Positions 1 to 9,037 of a stretch of 64,000 nt of DNA are shown here, piece by piece. Position 1 is the stretch's first letter. Each line of letters opens with the position of its first letter. The notes beneath the pieces were generated by a model. It did no database searches. It was given only the letters and a program-made list of their open reading frames with translations, and was not told where the DNA came from. The translations under genes were made by a program, and so were the position numbers. The DNA comes from Podarcis pityusensis (lineage: Eukaryota), in assembly GCA_964106645.2 (NCBI GenBank), contig OZ067047.1; one strand, given 5' to 3'.

Positions 1-1299
1 CAGGGGAACTGCAGGGGGTAGGTGAGAAATGCAAAGCCCCACTACACAAGTGAATTTCTGTCACACTTAGCAGGCTGACCTCACAATTGAATCTTACTCA
101 CATAAAAAAAATAGTACCAATATATCATTTAAACTATAAAACATTCTTCTTCCAATTGATTTCCTTATAAAAACCATGCATTACTTGCATAAGCAATTCA
201 GAGCTTATAATGGATCATTTACTGCATTTTTTGTTTTCTTGTTTCTTCTTAAAATGTTGAGGATTTATGGTGAAATATCCCAGTATACATGTGCACACTT
301 TGTTTTTCTCCCTCACACACAATATTATACTTTACAAAAGGTTAATGAATGCTACTTATCTGTTAATATATAGTATCACCCATAAGACTGTAATGCCATC
401 CTACTTTTAGCAGAAGGATAATTTTTAGTTTTCAAAGTTACTTATGATTTTGTCACAGTACGGGATCTACATTTTAAACTAGTAAGCCATTCAAGAAAAC
501 ATACTCTGATGATATTGCGGCATTATTATAAGCACTACAGCACTGAATTTAGTGGTTCCTATGGGAATTCTTAGTAAAGAATTCAGACTACTGCCACTAG
601 CAACTTTCCCCAGGTGGTGTTTTCAAAGGGTAAGATTTCCATTTAACTGATTACTGCTGCCAACATGCCTCCGAGGCTTGCTGACTATATTTAAACTGAA
701 TTGTCAGAAGAAAGTTTCAGAATGGACATTGAACACTCAGTGTAGGAGGCACCGGAAAGCAATTATTTCCTATACAGCAGTAGCCTAATGAAGGCTGTTC
801 CCTTAAAAGAAGAGGTGTGGCTTAGAAGAGACACCTGACAATCCTCACAAGGGCTTTGTCACATACAGTCCTGTAATAAGCAAGGGAAGTACACATAATA
901 TGCGCACAGATGCTCTCACGCCCCATTTGGAATCACAAAAGCTCCAATTAATGTTCTACATAAGTCACTCGTGTGTGCTTCTGTCAATACAAGCCTTCAA
1001 ATATATTTTCACGGTAAAATCTACCGTTACTGGACACTTCAGCAATATTTGTGCGGGATACTTTGCATTTATCACAGCAAGACTGGTTTCATCTTTTAAG
1101 GAAGAACCTTTGCTGCTGAAATCAGAGCGGCAGCGGAATAAGAACAGAAACCTTACAGAGCAATTAGGGAATTTCAATCCCTCGACCAGCCACCCCTCAG
1201 CACGGCAGAGCAGCCCTCTCTCTTACCTGAGAAAGGGTTTGCGAGCTCCTGCCACACCGCAGGCAGATAGGCCCCTTGCCTTCCCTCTCCCCAAGTCGG

Positions 1300-2100
1300 C
1301 TGACAGCCACTCGGCAACTGCCTGCTCGTGGGCGGCGGCACAAAAGGGAAGCTCCCCCCACCCGCCAAGCCCTCTTGCCCCACTTTGTGGGCAGCCCAGG
1401 CCCAACCCTACGGTTCTGAGGAAGGAAGCGAGCGAGCCCTTCCCTTCTCCGCGGTCTCAAGGCCACGCTCGGCCCCCCGCCGCAGCAACAGCCCCTCGGG
1501 CTTCTCACCTCAACCTGAAGGGGGGAAAGCGCTGCCCCACCGCGGGGCGTGGTTGACCGTGCCGCGACCCCCGGCTCTGCTACGCCATGACGGCCACCTC
1601 AGCACAACCTAACCTGACCGGTTCGAACACAGTATATATATATATTTATTTCTCTCTCTCGCTTCCGCCTCCGCTGCTGTCACTGGGAGAGAAAACAGGG
1701 CACCGGAGCTGAGGCCGGAAGTCGAGCCCTAGGAAGCCCCGCCCCCTCCGCCTCGCGCCGCCAACGGTGGTTTCCGCGAGGGCGGCAAGTTTGATTGTCA
1801 GGGCGACGAAGCGCCGGCCTGGCCCTCCGTTGAAGAAGCGGGTGTGTTTGTTTTGCCCCCCCCCCCCACCGGGATACTTTCGAGCCTCCGCGGTTGCCTT
1901 TCCGTTCTCTCACAGCGAAATAAAGCGGTGAAGTTGTGGAAGAAGAGGAAAAGGCGTAACAGGTTTAAGGCCGAGGCGGAGGAGGAATATACAGTGGTAC
2001 CTCGGGTTACATACGCTTCAGGTTACAGACTCCGCTAACCCAGAAATAGTGCTTCAGGATGAGAACAGAAATCGGGCTCCGGCGCCGCAGCGGCAGCAGG
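1300..2100 (-). promoter_or_regulatory. SCYL2: CpG island; probable promoter/non-coding first exon of a minus-strand gene running off the left edge (SCYL2 by synteny)
   Basis: Dense CpG/GC-rich block; ETS/GABP motif CCGGAAGT at 1715-1722; candidate minus-strand donors at 1613/1612 (CAG|GTTAGG) and 1508/1507 (GAG|GTGAGA). The island is seen directly. The gene name is inferred only from the human order SCYL2-DEPDC4-ACTR6-UHRF1BP1L-ANKS1B; no SCYL2 coding sequence is in the window. Confidence 0.45.
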
Positions 2101-2198
2101 AGGCCCCATTAGCTAAAGTGGTGCTTCAGGTTAAGAACAGTTTCAGGTTAAGAACGGACCTCCAGAACGAATTAAGTACTTAACCCGAGGTACCACTG
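1992..2198. mobile_element. Tc1/mariner (pogo/Tigger-like) MITE, 207 bp
   Basis: Perfect 18-bp TIRs CAGTGGTACCTCGGGTTA / TAACCCGAGGTACCACTG, TA on both flanks (1990-1991, 2199-2200); second copy at 57256-57476. Confidence 0.9.
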
Positions 2199-3838
2199 TA
2201 TACGGACTTGGTTCTCTCAGCGGAGTGGTCCATGCAAGTGGGGCAGGATAGCAGACCCATTATTATTAAAATACATACTGAGTGAATGTACCACAAAAAC
2301 TGTAAAAGGAATTCTGTGTATGTATGTGGACAGTGGTCAAACTTCCCTAAGTTTGTTTGCTTTTTGTATGAGAGTACTAAGTACGTTGAGATATATTTTA
2401 CTTCTAAGGCAAACATTCTCCCAAGGAGCTCTAAGGCATGTTGGCCCTCAGGCAGTGTATGGTTTCCTATGGAAATGTTAAGGCCTACAAACATGAAGGT
2501 TCTGTTGTAGGCGACCATAAGGAGTAAGGACTACCCCAGAGACACCTTAGGGTTGTTTCATCGCCTTTATTTGTCAAGGTTTAGCTTTTTAGGAAGATGA
2601 ATAGGCAGGATTCATCCAATGGGGTGGGATTCTTCCAATTTTCCCTGTCATTCTTTTATGCTGCAGCTATAGCTTGAATGAATCTATTTGCGTCAGCCAT
2701 CGGCCATAGCAATAAAACAACAATACGATATACAAAGAATAGAAATAAAAAGTCAATTATATAAAATACGTTTTAGGGTTTTTAATCAATAGTCATATCT
2801 TCAAGGGCTCTGGGCTCTCTTCCAGCTTTAAGATTTAAAGTCTTTCAAGTCTTCCAATGAGCTGATGTTCCAAATAAAGGTCTTCCATAGAAAGCAATAT
2901 CATAGGGTATATTTCACGATTAGTAATCTTTCCCACATCTTCTAATCCACTAGCATACATCTTGAACAAGTTGGTGTTGTGGACAGAGTTACTTCCAAAC
3001 TGTTTTGTGAGGTAGAACTGTTTATGTACACACACACAAATTGCATGCCTCTTCGTAAGTGTAGAACAGCTCAGGTAAACATAGCAATGGTGTCTGGATG
3101 CTTTTCCCTGTCCAGATTGCACCACACCTATGAGCAATGGGTTGTCATTCTGCAATGGGGAAAACAAATTAATCCTTGAACAAAATCCAAGGTGGAAGAG
3201 TTGCAGTTTTTTATTTTAAAAAAGCAACACAAGGCCTGTAGCTGATCTGAGCTGTTTCTTTAATAAAATATTTCATGATACTTTTTATTATAAAAATGTT
3301 TTAAATTGGTGACTCTTTTTGTTTGACTTGAGCATCTATTGTTGTCCTCTTTTTATTCCCTTTCACAGAAAATAAAAGCATTCCTGCTTAAATCCCTCTT
3401 TAATATAATAGATAGGAATTGGTTAAGCAGAGTGTGAAGAAATCTGGAACTAGCCTTCTAGATTTATGATCTAATGTTCTTGTGTTCAGTTACAATACAA
3501 CCACTATTTTCCAAATAAACTTTGGATTCAAAAGTTTTATTTCATTTTCCTACTAAATATTCTAGCATATTGTTAATTGAAGAAATGTACTTTTATGGAT
3601 ATATTTTCGGTTCAGCCATTTGCATCCAGATTTCAGTTTCTACCAGCATTTGAGTGGCAAAGAATATGAAGGACAAACCCCAATAAGCTACATATATATA
3701 AAAATGAATAAAACCTTACATATATATTAATTGACAGTACAGTTTCGTTCTTAAAAAAAACTACATCAGGGTTCCAATCTAAGAAAACTTCCCAGGTCTT
3801 TAACATATACAATATAATGTCCATATCTTGTGAACCAT

Positions 3839-3968
3839 TTAAATATCAAATTTCTCTTCACATATACTATGTCCATTTTCTTCATAGTCTTCTCTGGTTA
3901 CCACCATATCTTCAAAATCGTCATTTTCAGAAATCAGCTTTCCACCTTCCCAGGAATAAGTAATAGGG
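3839..3968 (-). CDS. ACTR6: ACTR6 exon 11, terminal coding exon (130 bp incl. TAA)
   Basis: PITYSWEGGKLISENDDFEDMVVTREDYEENGHSICEEKFDI*; several minus-strand AATAAA candidates at about 3285-3540. Confidence 0.95.
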
Positions 3969-6900
3969 CTGGAAAGTAAATAAAATAATTGTGTAAACTG
4001 TAAAATACAGTTAGTTTACAAAGTTAGTTTAATATTGATTTTCAGTATCAGCTAGTACTACATTATATGACATTAGAATATAAAAATAAGAGTGGGTAAC
4101 TGTCAGTTGAGAATCCACATTTGTAACTGAAAGGTTACTTACTTCTCTGGCAGAACAACAGAAACATCGTAGTCAGTGGGAGTGAGGCATCGGACCTCAG
4201 AGTAAACACGATCCCTGAAGCCGGGGAGATGTGTGTTTCCACCAGTTAAAACAATATTCTTAAAGAAATGTGGTTGCATTTCTATGAAGACCAGAAAGAA
4301 ACAAGTTATAATTCTACAATAACTTGCTTGATTTTATATAGTTATATTAAGTCTGTAATGAAAAGCATTGGAAGCACTTGCATCGGAGTCTGTAATGAAA
4401 AGCACTTGCATTGGAGGCAGTACCTCAGTCACATATTTAAATATTCTTCTAATGCAAATTGCTTACTTCCAAGTTTATGAAGAGGGTGCTAAGTATTCTG
4501 GCTCCCAATCAACTTTGGATGCATTAAACTACTTAATTCAGAAGTCTGGATATTGCATAGGTAACTTCAGCAATTTTACAACAGTAACATGTCAAGAAAT
4601 AGTGTTTATTAAAATTTGATACTGGAGAATTTCTAAAACAGAGGCTTTCAGCCTTTTTGAGTCCGTGGCTCCCTTGACTAACTACATTCTTTCTGCAGCA
4701 CCCCTGTGGGGCTTAAGAGCCCAGCCTCTCACCCTTTTTCAAACACTCCCTTGAGTGTTTCCTCAGCCTTCTCTCCTCTCCTCAGGGCAGCCACTGCTGC
4801 CATCCCTGGTCTCTGAGCTGTTCCCCCCCCCCGCCCACCTCAAAGAGATGTGCCTCCTCACACTGCCCCACAGGGCCTGGAACTTGTCTGTCCATTCCCA
4901 ACAGCAACGGCTGGTGGACTGGCGGGCTGGGCTCCCTCACCCGTTTGCTTGCTTACTCCAAGGGTGTCTCAGTTCCTGGCAACCAGCACCCCTTTACCAG
5001 CCCCAGAGGCACCATTCGCCTGCAGAGCTTGTAGACATGACTGCTGCAACAAACAGCTGTACAAGCCTTTGGGAGGCAGAGATGCAAGAGGGCATCAGAG
5101 GAAGGAGGGAAGGAAAAAGGGACAGAAGTCAGTGTTGCCCATAATACCCCTGACCATCCTTCAAGGGTGCCATGGTACACTGGTTGAAAACCACTGTTCT
5201 AGACAACTGAGTTTTTGTCCTTGATATGGGAACTTTAGAAGCAAAACAAAAAGTCTAACTATGCAACATGTTCTACAGTTAATTTTGGTAGTTACATTGT
5301 TTAAATAAGAATACCTTCCGGCAAGTTCTGAATTGAATAAACAATGGCTTCAGGAATTCCCATTTCTTGAATACCAATATCTGAAGGATGGAAGAGTATC
5401 TCTGGAACAGCAAATCGCTCATTTGTAAGACGAAGTATTTGTTCACCAGTTTTGTATTTTCCACTTAACACCATTTCTTCCCTTGGCTAAATCAAACAGA
5501 TGTGAATTAACACACATGTAATAATGAAACCAGCTTTTAATATCAACATTAATCAGCCACCTTATTTGCATGATTTTTCCCATGTAGTAGCTGGGATCCA
5601 AAACCTGTATGGGAATCTGAAACTTGTATATTTCTTCCATACAATTATACCTAGCTATATCAGCACATAATAACATAGAAATTGCAGCCAACATGCTATG
5701 ACTGAACAGTAAGAGGATGAATCAACAAACGAAAAATGGCAATTCATTTCACATCCCCCCCTCTCTCAATAGAGACTTTATTTTTTTTCTAACTAGGTTG
5801 CATAAGTGTTGGAGAACCTTTCATCCTCCAGATGTGTTAATTACCTTGTTTTAAATTTGCATTTTACATCTGACTTCCTCTAATAATGTTTCCTTTTGAA
5901 ACATTTAATATAATTTTTTATTATCTTTGCTGCATTAAATGTGCATTCCGTAGTTGACCTCCTTTGTAATGTTTTAGTTTCAAAATCTTAAAGGCAATAT
6001 TTTAATTTCCTGTTAATTATGCTGCTTTGAATATATACTTTATATTGGACTTTCTTCTGTAATGTCTTCTTCTGGATTGTTTTATTTGATGTAGGTTGTA
6101 AATGCTTTGAGATATTTTTCTTAAAAATATATGTAAGTATAGAAATGAAATGAAATGAAATGAAGAAGAAGACTATTTTATGCAATTACCTTACAAAACC
6201 CTTTTTTTATTGTGCTGAAGTCTGGTAAAACATAGTCCAACATTACTGTATTTTCTTCCCCCTTCAATCTGAAACAGGTTGGAATTCAGAATACATCCTA
6301 AGTTAATGATTCTTCAGAGCCACAAAAAAAAAAGTATTTCATTGTAAATAAATAATTAACAATTTACCCTAATATGGGTCTAAGTCCAACTTTCTCAAAT
6401 GTGGAGACCTCTCAAGAGGAGGCTTTGATGATAACTAAATAAGAAAGCTGCATAGGATAACCTCCTTTTGACTTTTAATCAGTAAGACAGCTCACCACCA
6501 TGTAAAGCTATTTGGGGTATTCAGTGCATATAGATGTTGAACTTAATAGTGGGACAATCACACCTTGCATGGGGTTTATGTTCTGGGGATGGCAGGAATA
6601 TGCAAAACTGTGTAAATTCAAACCACCCCCGCATAACTATCCTTGCCAAGCGAGCCTTACCATCATCCCCCACACTCCGGGAAGACAGCTGTTAAGCTCT
6701 GCCATGCCTACCGGGCAAGTCCCGCACACTGCATAGGCTTTGGGATGCTCTTGCAAGTTCCTGTGGGACTGTCTGAGTTCCTGTGAGATCTTGCAACAAT
6801 ATGCCAGAACTTGTGTGCGCTCTGCGTTGCATGCAATTTCAACCACATAAGTTAATTGCATATGTAGAGCTTGAAAATGATTTGGAACACTGCAGATGCT

Positions 6901-8997
6901 TCAGTAATGGAATCAAGACTATAAACCCAAGTCTGGCTGAAATGGGACCTCAAAGATCATTATCCCTGTTTCCAGATATGGGGACATGGGTCAGAACAGC
7001 ACTCCCTACATGCTCAAAGGCAGTCTTTATAACAACATGTTTCAGAGCTAACCCTTAATGAACCCAAGCTTTCAGGAAAGGAATTTGATATTTAATGTAT
7101 TCATAGACCACTGTCAACAGAATGGTGGTTTTTTTTACCACAAGGCAATACATAATAAATTCTTCAGGCCATAGACAAAATTACCATTAACTATATTTAG
7201 CAGTATTAAAAAAACCCATACTTGGCAGTCTCCATATCCTTGAAAAAGTCTTGGGAAACATAACATACATCTTCTTTCACTTGGTTAATCACATGGGTTT
7301 CATCCATAACATGGAGTTGCCTATAATTTTTAAAGAAAATAATGCTACTTTATCTTGTTTTCATTGCTGGTCTGTTATAAGTATTCAATATGAGTATTTA
7401 TTGAAGCTTAAATGTTATAGTAAAGCTGTTAGATTAATTGTGGAAAACTCACTTAAGCCTTTAATCCTCTGTGGAGTAGGGCATGCTATTAAACCAAAGA
7501 ACAGTAAGAGGAGGATGAACGTTCTTAACACTGCACTTCTTTGAGTTCTCATTAAGTTGTGATTAGGAACTAATCTGTTAAACCATATGAAGTTCATGGG
7601 TTTTAGTAGAAAAAGTTAATAATATTCTCAGACCACTCTTTCTATACAAGAGGAACAAAATTACGTATATAGGAAAGGTACTGTTTGATGGGGCTTTTTT
7701 TAAAAAGGAGATTATACATATTGTAATCGTTCAGGAATCCCACCTTTACAGAAGACATTCAGAATTGGCACATGAGTAGTATCTAACACTAAACAGCCCT
7801 CTAAATAGAACCAACAAGACCTAAGGATGCAGGGGGATCTTCAGAATAGAAAAGTTCTCACTACTGTTGAGATGGGGGATAGGGGATGGGAAACAAGTGG
7901 CCGTGAAATCTAGGTTGAGCAGCTTAACTCACTGTGAGGAACCCAGCTGGTTTTGCCCATCTGTATATTCCCAATGAACTTTCTAGGGTATAGCTTATGA
8001 AAGTTTGTGTATACAAAAAGAGGTAGCCCTCACGTTCATGAACCTCGCCCCATTATAGTCTACTCATGTGGCCTAGCATACCCACAGATTCACTCAGATT
8101 CTCCATGGAACCAGTGGCATTTGGAAACAACCAACAAGATATGCCAGTAAATTATGGTGCAGTTTCATTACCATACCTAAAACAATTCACAGAATAATTT
8201 TACTGCTCATTTTCTGGAGTGTTCCATCTATTTTTCCGATTTAACTTCTGCTGCAATTAATTTATTGCTGGAAAAAAACTAATTTTAAGTATCATTGCAT
8301 ACCTTGCACCATAATCTAGGCAAAGTAAGCCTTCACAGTCCTTCAGCAAACCATGATATCAAAATTTGGTTTCTCTTTTTGCCCTATAAAATAAAATAAA
8401 CTATATTTTTATTACTGTGAACCAGATAAGATTGTAATAACTTCTAGTTAGTGCTTTACCTGTAAGAGATTATCTCCTTTAGATGATTGGTTAAGAGCTT
8501 TCCTCCCACGTTAATCCTAAGAACAAGAAAGATTTTCTTTAATATTTATATTTTAAAAACACTAATACATCTTTTAAAAAATATTTTAAAATATTGGTTT
8601 TTTTACCTTATAATGGCCTCCTTCTTCTTTTTACTCCTGCAGTAAGGTACAATGTGTGTAAAAGAATACCCACTGTCTACAATGATGCAACACAGTTCTG
8701 ATGGGTTATCCCGGAAGTATCTATGGGCACTGAGAGCCCCAGCTGAAAAACAGAGCCATATCATAGTTTCAGATACATTTACTAACACGTGCTTCAGGCA
8801 GAGGGCCCTCTCAGCAGTGGTCCTTGTAGAACACCCTCCTATCAGATGTTAAAGAGATAAAGAACTACACAACTTTTAGAAGACATCTGAAGGTAATCCT
8901 GTATTGGGAAGTTTTAAATGTTTGACATTATGTTTTTACATGTCTTGGAAGCCACCCAGAGTGGCTGGGAAACCCAGCCAGATGGGAGGTGTATAAA

Positions 8998-9037
<40 letters not shown>

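Noticed and set aside
900-1556. 218-aa ORF and other ORFs over the left CpG island
   Set aside because: Pro/Ala/Arg/Ser-rich, no recognisable domain, overlapping ORFs in several frames; typical stop-codon depletion in GC-rich DNA. It does not resemble DEPDC4 as I recall it.
3610-3690. + strand peptide FSHLHPDFSFYQHL loosely resembling a DEPDC4/7 C-terminus
   Set aside because: Too short and weak to distinguish from chance; no convincing splice context.
4350-4415. Small tandem duplications (also about 26586-26615, 34244-34275, 61023-61049)
   Set aside because: Ordinary slippage-type duplications in introns; no sign of function.
4282-5314. Possible U12-type intron (donor GTATTCTT resembles GTATCCTT) in ACTR6 intron 9
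   Set aside because: Mismatch at the near-invariant +5 C, no TCCTTAAC branch site, and an ordinary polypyrimidine tract; treated as U2.
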